A stretch of DNA of 63,366 bases, the filler included, from Atractiella rhizophila (taxonomy: Eukaryota), in the NCBI GenBank assembly GCA_021432655.1. It is 2 parts of 2 records of this genome, joined end to end, with 100 filler letters (N's around TTAATTAATTAA, not from the genome) between each part and the next. Parts side by side here need not be neighbours in the genome. Positions count along the whole stretch, not along the records: positions 31,750 to 63,366 come from MU271693.1; 1 more part is not named here. The stretch is one strand, 5' to 3'. A program made the translations under genes and the position numbers. The notes below the pieces were generated by a model. The model had not been told where the DNA came from. It worked only from the letters and a program-made list of their open reading frames with translations, and ran no database searches. Shown piece by piece: positions 35,481 to 49,058 of the stretch. Positions within the stretch are counted from its first letter, which is position 1, and each line of letters starts with the position of its first letter.

Positions 35481-37170
35481 CTACCCCTTCAGTTTCTTCT
35501 CCAACATCTCCTTCCTTCCTCTTCTTGCCTTCATAAGCCTTTCCGCCCTCGACCTATCCATCGTTTCCACCCCATACTCTTTCTCGTCCTCTTCTTTTCC
35601 ACCTGTCTTCAACAGCAACTCGTTGATCCAGTGATCTAACTCTTTCAACTTCTGTATCTCCCCTTCGATATAAATACGCTCGTTGAGGAGTGAGATGGAT
35701 TGGGAGACAACAGTGCGGATGTGCTGAAAGCGGGCAGGACCGAGGAGGGTGCCTGAGAAAGGAAGATGGAAGATCAGGAAGGTAGAAGTAGGAGAAAACA
35801 TGAAGCAAGAACAAGAGATGGTCGAAGTAGAGGAGCAAAAGCCATTGGCTTGCAGAAAGCCTGGTGACACTTTCCGTCGGACCAACTGTGGGACATCAAA
35901 CAAAACAAGTGAAGCATATTGTGTAGACAGTTGGGCGTAAATTAATGCACTACATAGACTAGAAAATCGGTGACCAGATTTTCATAGTCTATAACACAAC
36001 AAGGGATAAGCAAGTAGGCACGATTTAAGTGTGCTCTCTTCCGAAAAGCTCGGTGAAGTGAAGGTGCTTTGATCACGTAGGAAGTAACAATAACAATCTC
36101 CTCAGAGGGGCTGACACAATGAACAAGATTGCCCAGAAGCAATGGAAAACCACCGCAATCTCTGCTTTAATAGAGCGGTGGCCGTCACCTTAAAAACAAG
36201 GGGAGGATGGGAAATTCCGTCACAAGGGTTTTATGGTCCCCTATGAGCGACATCCACCAAAACAATGCAGGCGGGAAGAAATCTTTTCACAAAAGCACAC
36301 CCACTCACCTCCGAACCATCTAACCACAACACAGGTCGCATCGACCCCTCCCAACCTTTCCATCTCCTTCCTTATCGTTTCTCCTCCATACTTCTCATTG
36401 TCATCGTCCTCTCCTTCTTTCACCGTCCAAGTGTCGTCTCCCTCCCCCTCTGCACCGGTCTTCCCCTTTCGCGGGACGAGGACGCGGTAAGCATACATAT
36501 AATGAGATGCCTCGCCTTCTCTTGACGAAGCATGGAGACGACGGAGATTAGAGATGAGGGACTTTGGCGCGCTGGGTGAGGTCGTGGAGATGGCATAGGA
36601 GATGAATATAGAGCCGCGGTCCGTCAGCGGAGGGGATTCGACGTACGACGACTCGGAGGAGGATGGGAGAGCAAGGTATGAATGAAGCGAGGTCTGAGAA
36701 GGCTTCGACTTTGGTTTCGCAAAACATGTGTCAGCGGTGGGGTTCGTGATGTTAGAGTTGGAGTTGGGATATGCAATGCTGGCCGTCACGGTACTCGAGC
36801 TGGAAGAGCCTTCCTCTGCGAGCTTCTGCGATTGAAATCCGGGGGCAACAGCATTTCTTGAGGATGAAGGCACAGCCTGACTAGTCGCCTCGAGTTTCTT
36901 TTTCTTGCTGGCGGGCTCCTCGCCATCATGGGAAACATGCCTCTTCTTAGGCAAAACAACCCTTGCCTCTCCCTTCCCACCTTCAACAACCACCTTTTTT
37001 CCTTTATCACGTCCTTTCGACCGCGATATGTTCATGGCAAGAGAGCTATCGGAGGCTGCAGCCCCAGAGAAGGTCACAGGTCCGCCTCCGTACCGTTTTG
37101 AGAGCCGTTTTTGTACGCGAGCGCGTTGCTTCCGCTCGAGAGAAGAAGTGGACGAGTCGGAATCCGACAT
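35481..37170 (-). CDS. IMPACT/Yih1-like UPF0029 domain protein
   Basis: DRGSIFISYA, ASHYMYAYR, GEDDDNEKYGG, VVVRWFG|GTLLGPARFQHI. The 556-nt intron 35753-36308 is in phase. Confidence 0.85.
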
Positions 37171-37943
37171 TACCTCTGGATGATATTACTGTCTGCCGGA
37201 AAGAGCTTCGGAACCAGCCCTATGAACCAGTTAAACGAGTAAACCACAACCTTAATTTCCACGACGGTGCATAATTTCGTGTAAGACGCGCACAAGTAAT
37301 GCATGCCTTTCTTATACGAGGGGCGCAATCTAGCAGCAACACGTTGTGATCCCAATAGAAGTTGCACACGTTAGTTGTCAAAACATCAGAGCTATAACTC
37401 CAAACAGTAAGTTCTACCAGAATAGAAAGTAGGAATATTCCTCCTAGCCAACCCTCACTGTCACCAAGTTCGGAAGGACTCACACAGACGCAGTCAATGT
37501 CAGCCCAAACTTCTATGCCAAAATGCTAACTTTCCCAAATATAGAGCAATCCAAGGCAACTTGCGGTATGGTGTAGATGCGAAGTGTAACGGGCTATTTC
37601 GTCATTCTTGAAGCTGGAAAGTCTACAATATGAGTCATCAACAACGACCCAAAAGGACGAAGGGAGAGCTCATGGTAGGATTGTGTTGCAGGTTGCAGAA
37701 GGCTTAAAGGAAAAGGACTCATTGCATACTTGAACTCAGGCAAGCCATTTCTTACTGAATGTTCGTTGTGGTCTCTGCCTGGCGTGGGGATAATATTGAT
37801 GGTCCTGTTTATTGCACGAGCGACCTCTTGCTATAGAAAGAACAAACTGCATATTTCAACACACATTCAACATCACGATTGGATGATCAATTGATCCTCT
37901 AAGAGTCTCATTCGCAGCCTGCTTCCTAATACTACTCTCTCTG

Positions 37944-39336
37944 TCATTTCTTCGCAAACCCTACGTCCCACTGAAGCGAAGTATGGTTAGCCTGCAGGCT
38001 CTTCTATCCTGAATATGGTAAAATAAGAATGACTTACCCCCATCTCCTCCAAAGTCCAGCCAAAGACCGTCTTTCCATTCCAGACCACATGGTTCATTCT
38101 CCCTGTCAAACACTCTCTCACATTCTGCACATTCATATGGATCGAGTCGATAGCTTTCATATCTTGATCCGTCAAATCCACCAACTACGATTGTTGTCAA
38201 GATGACTTGCAACACAAAAGAAGGAATGAAATATGACCCACAGTTAGATTCTCCTTCATTCGTGAGGGAGTGACGGATTTGGGAACCACGCTTGTCCGCC
38301 TCTTTACTCCCCAGGTCAATGCCACCTGCCCAGGTGTACAATCCAACCTCTCAGCAATGTTCTTAATCGTCAAATCTGCATTCAGTTGCCGGAGAGCTGT
38401 AATCACATTTCCTATCTTCCATCAATCAATTCTCGCACGTCCTGCTGGCATGGCACCGAGACAATAATATGGAGGGACTGGAGGGGAGCATACCGATTGG
38501 ACAGTATGCAGTAACAAGGATACCCTTTGATTTGCAGTATTCCAACATGGGGTAGTCGGGGTGGAAAGGCTGCAGTTCCACTTGGTTGACAGCGGGCACA
38601 ATGGTTATCTCCTTTAAGAGAATGTCGAGATTCTCAGGACTGAAGTTCGACACCCCAATGGATCGCACTTTACCTGACCAATTTCTCATCAGCGCTCACT
38701 TCAATTATCAAGACTTAAAAATATTTACCTGTGCCTAGTAGTTTTTCCATTTCCTTATGACTCTCTATGACGTTCTTCCCTCCCTTGTAAGGCTGGCAAG
38801 CGAAATATCCTCCTTCTTTGATATGCGTTTGGGGCCAATGAAGCAGATAGAAATCGATATAGGACATGTCAAGGTTGTTGAGCGATTCCTGAAAGACTTC
38901 TTCGATACGATATGCGTCCGTAGTCCACAATTTAGCTGCCCATCCATTTCCATTTCTAGTTTTAGACCCGAAGGGAGAAAGAGAGAGGATGGCGAACTAG
39001 TGATAAAAAACTCGGAGCGGGGAACGCGACTCTCTCTTATCGCTTGCCCAACAATTACTTCGTTTCCATACCTTTCCTTATACGGTAGAGAAATATCGGA
39101 AAAGGAACAGTTGTAGCAGACACACCCCCATGCAGTGTCGAAATGATGGTATCCTATCTCAATAGACTTAAGCAACGCATCTTTCAAGATGCCATTATCT
39201 TTTCCCGTTGCTCCTTTGACGTACTCATTAGGCGGGGCTCTGTATGGATGAGTGTTGACAGACCTTGCCAACAGCCCATTCCAACCCATGGAATCTAGTG
39301 TCCAGTGTTCAAAATGAAATATGTAGGCGGCGACAT
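37944..39336 (-). pseudogene. Aldo-keto reductase with a nonsense codon at codon 14
   Basis: MSPPTYFILNTGH*IPWVGMG (TAG at 39295-39297). The rest looks intact, including the D/Y/K/H tetrad (FDTAWG|YGNE, TKLW, LLHWP). Confidence 0.75.
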
Positions 39337-40297
39337 GCTTCTGCTTCCCTTCAGTTGCAATACTTTTCTAAGGTGGTAGACACTTCCTCTCTCTCACTCT
39401 ACTCCACGCACACACCAGGGGGAATTATGTATTCTTCCAGATTGATATAGGCATCAACCAGTACATGCTTCTCGCTAGCAGGGAACGGGCGATCAAAGGA
39501 GAGCAGCAACTTCTTGCTTGCGTCCTGCGGTCGTTGCACCAAGCACTAAGTAATCAGAGAGAGGCGAGGGGTCAAGGGAGGCAGTCTGAGAGACCAAGAT
39601 CTGCGAGCGTCTATTCCTGAGTTGCCCAATCTGCCCCGGTAGGTCATTCCGCCGCCTCGTCACCTCAGCAAGTCAGCCAATGCATCCGCCATCCTCTTTC
39701 CAGCTCACTGCTTTTCTTGATTCCAACCGAGTGCCTCAAGCGCGTCGATGGAAGTCCTAGCCTAGGCAATGCGGCCGTGCAAATCTGGAGCATCCTTCAG
39801 TCCATGAGTTGACAGGTGAACGCTGGTGGCGTGGTAGCCGAATAAGGATTCCGTCTGCTTGAGGAGCGCTTCTTGTTGTCCGCGGGGGTGTTCAGGAGCA
39901 GATTTAGGGGATATTTCCACAGGATAGGCTTGATGCCGAGTCAAGATGGTTCAAGTTGTCGTAGAATGTAAGAGAACGATAGCAGATCCCTTTACCCGCT
40001 CTAGCTGTCGTTCTCCATCGCCATGTTGCTGTTCCCTGTTTGACAACCGCGGTCGTTGGGCATGGCTGGTGCAGGCTGTATAAATACCTGAGTGCAACTA
40101 TGTTTCGTGAAAGTTTCACAATTATTGATTCACATTCTCAACAATACTCAGTGTCACTCACTTACATTTTCGTGCACCTCAACGACCACGAACCTATCAA
40201 AATATCAGAACATCAGCATTAGAACCATCCGCCCCTTCCAGGGAAGAAAAACGAATTCCGAAGTGTTCCAACAACGAGAAACTCATCTCCCCCATGA

Positions 40298-42100
40298 TTG
40301 GTGCATAACTACTGTCCTCTAGTGTCAATTGTGGCTTTGTCTTTTCACCTGATGGATCAGGCGTTCATCAATAGCTGCCAGGCTGTCAACAAAGCGACGG
40401 ATTCCTATTCCTCAGGCTCGGACACCAACACGCTCTCCCCCGTTATCACCCGCCTCACCGATAACTACCCTAATGCTTTTAGTGACTTTTACGGCAGCGG
40501 GACCCCTTGCATATACAAAACTGGCCCTTTGTGGCACAAACGCACTGGGCCGGAGGCTCAAGGAATCGTGCGAGAACCCCGCCCCATTTACCGTCATTCG
40601 ATTCAGCCTATTTGGGGATCTGTCCTAACGCGTATCGTGACTGCACTCGACTCCCTTTCGGTACCCTTGACCTCCATCAATCCCCTCGCCTACGCTGACG
40701 CCGGAGAGGCTGAACCCTTTTGCCCTTTTATCATTTCCATTGGTGTGAAACCCAATTTGTTCGAATACGACGACGCAGTTACCGCCGGAGCTGCCGTCCA
40801 GAGCATCCTCGAGGATGTTGGTCATCCCACTATCGAGGTCGCGTTCGTAGAATCCGTTGTTCATCGTTCTAGCGCTGGTTGCAAGCTCCTCTCGTTCAAT
40901 CCCCTGTTGGACAAACTCCCCGAGCTACGCATGCCATTTACCGACGCTCTTGGGCTGGCAATTGCACCCGCTAAATATCCCCATTATGAAGGGACAGGCG
41001 CGCTGTTCTACCGCCTCAGTAGTAGAGACGACCGTGTCGCCCTCCTTACTTGTGCCCACGTTGCCCGACCCCAGAAGGCTTACAAAAATACAGGCATGAC
41101 GTGGAAACCAGGCTCAGGACAGCCACGCGAAGATGTAATTGCGCTTGGTACGGGGGCATACGGCAATGCCGTCACGGCTATCATGGGGGTTATTGGCGAA
41201 CAGTTCGAAAACATCGAAATTTGGAATGACGCACTCAAGCGATTGGGAGATCCGGTCGAAGGAGAACTCACAACGATATCCGAGAAGCGTGAGGAGTACA
41301 GGGACTTCATCAGAAAGGCTGAGGTGACCGCCGAACGGGCGAACGCTCTTCACGATGAAGTGACTAAACACCGTAGCGTCCCTCACCAAAGAGTCATTGG
41401 CCATGTCCTTCACTCGGAAAAGATCGAGGTCTCAGTCCCCCCACACGGCTATACAAAGGATTGGGCTCTTGTGGAGATATATCGCGATAAGATTGACTGG
41501 AAATCTTTCAAGGGAAATAAGATATACATAGGTACATCCTCTCCTTCTCAGCCCTAATTGTATCTGACAATTATTTATCCTTCGTCCACAGGCGGGAACG
41601 TAACCCCCGTTCATTTTAAGAATACCTTGTATCCTCAGACTACTGATCGAGCGAACTACAAGTACCCTGAAGATGGCCTCCTCCAAGCTCTTGGTGTCGT
41701 CCCGGAAGCCGAATTCCACAATCCCCAGGACCTTGACGTTCACGACATGAAATCCTTGCTTTGTGTGAAGAATGGACGATCGACACGCACCACATTCGGC
41801 CGTGTCAACGGTCTCCAATCAATTGCTCGCCACTACAACGAGTATGGCATCCACCAGGATTCCTTAGAAGTTGCTGTCTTAGGCTACAACGTGAGCAGCT
41901 TCAAGCAAAGCAAGTTCTCCGATGCTGGCGATTCCGGGTCTATCGTCCTTGGTAGAGATGGTCGTATCATCGGGATTCTGACAGGCGGAGCGGGACCCTC
42001 CGACGAAACCGATCTTAGTTACATTACTCCTTACTTTTGGCTCGAGTTGCAGATCAAGGAGAAGTTCCCCGGCTGCTTCTTGTACGATATCGTCGACTAG
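40298..42100 (+). CDS. Uncharacterised trypsin-like (PA clan) serine protease; start uncertain
   Basis: His LLTCAHV, Asp DWALV and Ser FSDAGDSGS in canonical order; KNGRSTRTTFG; one intron near 41532-41591. Confidence 0.75.
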
Positions 42101-42651
42101 GCCATTTGGTATTTTTTCGTTCCATTAGATGACGATTAACTAACGCCAGTCAATCATATAGACCCTGGAGCCTCTCACCAAATCAACGAAGAAATCACGA
42201 TTTACTTCACATCTTCTCAAGTGTTGTTAGGCTAAGGTTGCAGTTTGTTGATTCCTTGATCAGTCAAAATGCATATATGAAACAAATTTAACATTGTACA
42301 AACCTGTTGATGAATCTTTACTGGAGATTGATTGGTAGAGTGCAGCAACGTATTGAGGGAGTCCTTTGTCGAGGAATGGTCGGAATTGGATCCGCGTTCA
42401 TCAAGGCGCTAGGCACACGGAAGAGATGAGACGAGATGCTCTGGAGCGGATGTCAGCAGCCGCTAGCAACATCGAGTCCGCGGTCGATGTGGACGAGAGG
42501 CACCTCCCTCACGTTTATGCTTCGTTTCTCGCATCCACACTTAGTGATGCGACCGAAGGCGATAATATCACTTTAAGTCGTGAAGTGGTCAGAACGCAGA
42601 ACTCATAAAAAGACGGAATAAAACTTGATTTAGTACATTCTGAGGAAGAGT

Positions 42652-44043
42652 TTACATCTTGCCTTTCTGCTGTCTCTCAAGATCATGAAATCCTGTCTCC
42701 CACTACAAACTCATCAGCTCATCAAACTATAATTGAACAATAGGATCGTACTCCAAGCTCTTCGAGCGTCCACGAAAACACCGTCTTCCCGTTCCAAGGC
42801 CCAGTTGACGTCCTCGATTTCATCTGTGGATCATCAGCAATGTGTTCTATCCTTTCCGCCTGGTCCTCCGTTAGCTCCACCAACTGTATCACGAACTTCA
42901 GTCATCCCTCGAGGCAAAAAAAAACTAAGGAACCGTGAAATTCTCCCTCATCCTCTTTGGATCGCTACTCTTCGGTGTAACGCTTGTTCCTCTCTTAACG
43001 GCCCAGCTAAGGGCGACTTGAGCCGTTGTTGTGCCATTCCCTATCTCTTCCGCGATAGCTTGGAGTGTTCTGTTGCCACGCACAGAGGGAGATGTGAACC
43101 CTAGTGGGGAGTAAGCGGTAACGTGGATGCCATGGGAGTTGCAAAAATCCAGCGTAGAGCGGTCCGGGTGGAATGGATGCATTTCTATTTGGTTCACCTT
43201 TATACTTCGTGGGTCAGCGAGAGATGAAAAGTAGGGGAGGAAACATACCGCTGGCACCACCTTCGCAGTCTCAAGGAGTTTTTTAAGATTTTTGACACTG
43301 AAATTGCTGACCCCGATGGATCGAACTTTCCCTATGTAGTCCGCCGTGAGGACAAGGATGATCTGAATGAAACTGCCTTACCAGTGCCCAGAAGCTCCTC
43401 CATCAACCCCCAACATTCATTGAAACTCACTTCCTTTTCTTTCTCCACCTTCTTGAAAGGATTTTTTGCATCCGTGTGCTGAGGAAACTACCTCGTCAAA
43501 GCAGCAATAGCCAAACCAGGATCAATAATGAAGCTTCTCCGTCAGGAGGGGATAACTCACATGTATCAAATACAGGTCGACGTAGTCCATATCTAGCTCC
43601 TTGAGAGATTTCTCCAATGCCGTTTTTGGGTCATGGTGCTCAGAGTTCCAGAGCTTGGTCGTAATAAAAAGCTCTTCTCTAGGGACGCCAGAAGAGCGAA
43701 CCGCTTCACCGACTTCTTTCTCGTTAGCGTACGCAGCCGCGGTGTCGAAGTGCCTGTAGGCCCACCCAACTCACAATTAGTTCATGTTCAGGTCAAGAAA
43801 AGTAAATGTAATTTGGGCCAAATCAGGATGTGCGGGAAGACAAACCGATACCCTGCCTTCAGAGCCTCCTCCAATCCCTTTTTTAAGCGCACATTCTCCA
43901 CACCCGGACCGCCCATCCAACACCTACACATAGACGATAATCAGAAAAGAGGAAACGGTGTAGGAAAGAGATATCCACCCCATGCCAATCGAGGGAATGG
44001 TGTAGCCGGAGTTCAGCTTGAAAGCCTTTGGAAGAGAAGCCAT
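42652..44043 (-). CDS. Aldo-keto reductase (intact)
   Basis: [62 protein letters not shown]. Confidence 0.93.
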
Positions 44044-45887
44044 TTGATTTTATGTTCGTAGACGATTCGTGAGTGAAGATATGAATGAGGAGTGGTTTTA
44101 TATCTCACATCGGATACCTGGGCTAGTGACAGTTGGATGTGAACATGGTAGGGCCGGCGCGCGGCCAGAGGTCATCTTGTGGAGCGCGGGACGCTGCTGA
44201 TCAATCAATTCAGGCTTCCTCTCATTCAGTTAACACCTGAGGCGAAAGAACGTAAGGAAGTCCGAAATGAAGGAGAATGGAAGCGGGGTGAATACATTTG
44301 ACCGCTGCGTCGAGAAGGAACGTGGAAGTGTAAGATAACCTACAACAGCATTGATGTTTGAGGCGAAGAGCGCGGGAAGCTCAGAAGCTTTCTTAACCTC
44401 CTGTCAAATATTGCTGTTGGTATCGTGTGCTGCATCACGCCACCTGTCTGAGGAAAACAGCGTGGGTTGGGATGTTTTGAAACCATTTCTCCCACCCATC
44501 ATCGTGAACAGCGCATCCAATAACGGCGACTTGGACGCAGAATGAATCAAAAGCTTATCCCACGATAACCACCTTCGCAGTCTCAAGGAGTTTTTTAAGA
44601 TTTTTGACACTGAAATTGCTGACCCCGATGGATCGAACTTTCCCTATGTAGTCCGCCGTGAGGACAAGGATGATCTGAATGAAACTGCCTTACCAGTGCC
44701 CAGAAGCTCCTCCATCAACCCCCAACATTCATTGAAACTCACTTCCTTTTCTTTCTCCACCTTCTTGAAAGGATTTTTTGCATCCGTGTGCTGAGGAAAC
44801 TACCTCGTCAAAGCAGCAATAGCCAAACCAGGATCAATAATGAAGCTTCTCCGTCAGGAGGGGATAACTCACATGTATCAAATACAGGTCGACGTAGTCC
44901 ATATCTAGCTCCTTGAGAGATTTCTCCAATGCCGTTTTTGGGTCATGGTGCTCAGAGTTCCAGAGCTTGGTCGTAATAAAAAGCTCTTCTCTAGGGACGC
45001 CAGAAGAGCGAACCGCTTCACCGACTTCTTTCTCGTTAGCGTACGCAGCCGCGGTGTCGAAGTGCCTGTAGCCCACCCAACTCACAATTAGTTCATGTTC
45101 AGGTCAAGAAAAGTAAATGTAATTTGGGCCAAATCAGGATGTGCGGGAAGACAAACCGATACCCTGCCTTCAGAGCCTCCTCCAATCCCTTTTTTAAGCG
45201 CGCATTCTCCACACCAGGACCGCCCATCCAACACCTACACATAGACGATAATCAGAAAAGAGGAAACGGTGTAGGAAAGAGATATCCACCCCATGCCAAT
45301 CGAGGGAATGGTGTAGCCGGAGTTCAGCTTGAAAGCCTTTGGAAGAGAAGCCATTTGATTTTATGTTCGTAGACGATTCGTGAGTGAAGACATGAATGAG
45401 GAGTGGTTTTATATCCCACATCGGATATCTGGGCCAGTGACAGTTGGATGTGAACATGGTAGGGCCGGCGCGCGGCCAGAGGTCATCTTGTGGAGCGCGG
45501 GACGCTGCTGATCAATCAATTCAGGCTTCCCTGGGCTTCCTCTCATTCAGTTAACACCTGAGGCGAAAGAACGTAAGGAAGTCCGAAATGAGGGAGAATG
45601 GAAGCGGGGTGAATACATTTGACTGCTGCGTCGAGTAGGAACGTGGAAGTATAAGATAACCTACAACAGCATTGATGTTTGAGGCGAAGAGCACGGGAAG
45701 CTCAGAAGCTTTCTTAACCTCCTGTCAAATATTGCTGTTGGTATCGTATGCTGCATCACGCCACCTGTCTGAGGAAAACAGCGTGGGTTGGGATGTTTTG
45801 AAACCATTTCTCCCACCCATCATCGTGAACAGCGCATCCAATAACGGGGACTTGGACGCAGAAAGAATCAAAAGCTTATCCCACGAT
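43256..45887. repeat. ~1.31-kb near-identical tandem duplication (5' part of the AKR plus upstream DNA)
   Basis: 43256-44566 matches 44568-45887 with scattered SNPs and indels; single A at 44567. Confidence 0.95.
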
Positions 45888-46298
45888 TTTGTTTCAAAGC
45901 CAGGCAGCGATTGTGGGAGAAGTCCGCTCGGCATCTTGCCCCATGGTTCGCGCTTCGCGCTTCCCCTTCTGTAGTCAACGCGTTATAGGAGCGCGGGTAG
46001 AGTGAGCAATAGCCTGCCGCGGAGCTGACCAAATATCTTTTCTCTTCTCGCACTATCCTGTCACATTTCTGAGTTTTTAACAAAATAAACACTGATAAGT
46101 GACCAAATAAACGGTTTGATTCAAGGCACGTGAGCGAGCGCACTGTGGATGAAAAGAAGTGTCGATTGCTCTCTTCTTCAGTACAGCTAGGATCAGCTTG
46201 GGTACTCTAAAGGTCCTGCAGGAACGCGAGACGCAATCAAAATGTGAACGACTCCAAATAACTTGCGATGTGATTGTAATTCGAACAAGTTCTCAGTT

Positions 46299-49058
46299 TC
46301 ACTCTGAATCTTGGGGTATAAGTTTCCCAGGGTTCTAGTACAAGTCGAGCACGGCATCAACGGTTTCGCACCACGATTGCAGGGAAACCCACATACCATT
46401 ATATTTTTTGGATCTAGTAGCCTCTTGATCTTCCTCATCAAGTTGATGGTCTCACTCCCTAGTTCCGCTTCCAAATAATCGCGTTTCCCGATCCCTACAC
46501 CGTGTTCTCCTACAATCACCAACCATTAACGTTGGTCAAAAAAAACAATAATTCGGTGTTCAGCGCACCAGTACAAGTGCCTTCTAATCTCTGCGCTCGC
46601 TTCACCATTCGATCGACCACTCCTTCAGCCTTTCGGAACTCCTCCTCATTCCGAAATGCAAGCAAGGCATGGAAGTTCCCTTCAATGCAGCGTTCAACCA
46701 AGAGACTCCTTCAAAGATGAGGGGCGTACCGTCTCCAGCATGTCCTACGATCGGACCTACCAGCCCAGATGCAGTAATGTCTTCCTTAGTCTCTTTTGCC
46801 AGCGTTGGCAGTTTAGAAATAGGGACGCCTGCTGGCCAGTAAGTGTTCACGATTTGCACTAAACGGAATGAGACGCACAGACATCTGTGGTCCAGATTCT
46901 GCATCCAGGAACAAAATCAATGGCAGAATATAATGCGACTTTCCGTGCCGCCCAAATATCTTCTTTCTCTTTTTCCGAGCGAGCAAAAGTGAATTTTGAG
47001 CCGCCATGCGTCGACACGATTTTACCTGGTACCGTCAATATGTGGAAGGGGTTGAAACAACAGGACATACTGGTTTGCGCTACATCGTTCTTGATCTGTT
47101 GATCCGTCCCTGCGAATTTTATGAACAACCTGTGACATGCAGTCAGCACACAGAGCCAAATGTCATGGTGATCCAATAGGAGGAAAGTATGTGAAGTAGC
47201 GTACGAAGGTCTTTCGTCCCACGTCCTCCCGGTTCCACCACTCTTGTTGACCGCTTGCATCATGACATCATCCAAGAGCTCCAAACATTGAACTCCAACT
47301 CCATGTTGTATCAAATCCGTGACCGTAGCCGCTGCTTCTTCAAAAGTGTTGAAAGAGCAGACACCGACAGACGTGGGTAGGAGGGGAGCAAGCTTAAGGG
47401 TTGCTTTACACCAGATAATCGATTAGGACAAGGGGAGAGGACTGAGGGGACGTTTACCTTCGGTTATTATCCCCAGTGTCCCCTCAGCGCCTATGAAAAG
47501 TCTACCCAAATCAGGACCAGCTGACGACTTCCTAAATCGCCAATCTAGAACGTCAACTTCTCCAGCCTAAACAACCGAGGAGGGAAACGTACTTCGCCCG
47601 TTGTCGTGTCTTTACAATCTGTCCATCAGCGGTGACGACCGTGAGGTTGAGAACGTTCTCGCTTTCCCCCTCGGTCAGTTCTAGCTTTGAGGTAGACATA
47701 GAGGAGGCGAACCGCATCGTTCCATATCTAAGTTTTACTTTATTCAGCCCAGTCGATATGGGAAAGGGAAAGGAAAGAGAAAAGTTGCGGAAACGGACCT
47801 AACCGCATTTGTCCCACTGCAGCCTTTCCGCACAGCATCAATATGCATGGAGCATGTCTGGAGAGGGAGAGCTGTACCTGTGGAAATCATGCCACCTTCC
47901 ACAAAACACCGTTAGTTCACCATCTACACAACTTCATGGAGAAGAGCTGACATACCGATTAACGCTCCTGGTCCAGGATCCACTGGGAAAAGAAGCTTGT
48001 ATGCCTTGAGATGCTCGTTTAAGTCCTGACAGGCATCACCAGTCGTCAGCCGACCTAGCTGTATGGGAGATAGAGGGCAAGCAACTATGTACCTCGTAGC
48101 CTACCCCCGGCTGCACTACCACATCTAGATCTCCCTCTATTTCAAAATCCGACGAGCAGATCAGTATCACATGTGTTCCTGAGCTGGAGCTGTAACGGAC
48201 CATGAACCTCCAAAATCCGGTCCATATACTCCGAAAAACTGAGTGTCCAGCTCCTTCCTCTCTTCCATTCCCCTTGTTTCTGCGCGAAAGGAGATTCATG
48301 GTGCCCTTTTCCGTGCCCCGCTTTCTCATGGGATGGCGAAGTAGGGGAGGAGGAAGGTGCATTGAAGTGTCCTTCAAGAGAGGTACCGCCTGAGTACGGA
48401 ACGAGGGGGATCGAGTATTTGTTGGCCAGCTGAACGATGGAGAGGACGTCGGATGTTGAACTGGTTTATTCGGATGAGAGAGATTAAGGGAGGGGAGGGA
48501 TGGAGTGACGAACCGTGGGTAAATAACTGCTCCTGGGGTTTCGAGAACAGGATGGTCTATCCAAAGAATAATCAGTCAGAGTGAGAGAGACAGAGAAAGA
48601 AGACTCACAGCTCCACGAACTTCCCGCTTTGGACTCTAAGATCTCCTTATCCTCACTCAAGCATTCAGGCGGCAACAAGTCCCTTAATTCCACCATTGCG
48701 TCCTCCCACTGCTCCTCCGTCACCTTAACCTCACTTCCACCAAAAGTCTTCAACTTTTTTGCTTCTTCCTCCCTGGCTCGTTTGGCGCCATCGTAAGTGC
48801 CGTACATGTACAACTGCTCACATCGGATGTCACTTTCCATTTGGCATTCCAATCGTGTGAGGGAAGACGCACAGCTCCGCCTACAAATCCAGTGAGCGAA
48901 ATGAGTGTTCCAGTCGACCATTTCTGGGCTTCTTTCCTCGAACTGCTTGGTACAGGTCGAGAGAGTGGGTGCTGCCTTTTTGGGCCAGTTGTCTGGAAGC
49001 GAACCCCTCCCATTCGCCGTGGCGACTGACGAAGGAGGGTGACACGCGACATGTTCAT
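46299..49058 (-). CDS. DLD1: Mitochondrial D-lactate dehydrogenase (cytochrome), FAD-linked oxidase family
   Basis: Presequence-like N-terminus, [64 protein letters not shown]. Confidence 0.9.

Noticed and set aside
39480..40050. Possible decayed non-LTR retroelement RNase H fragment on the minus strand
   Set aside because: The resemblance is faint (VHLSTHGLK versus FTDGSK), there are several stops, and no RT or endonuclease motif is visible.
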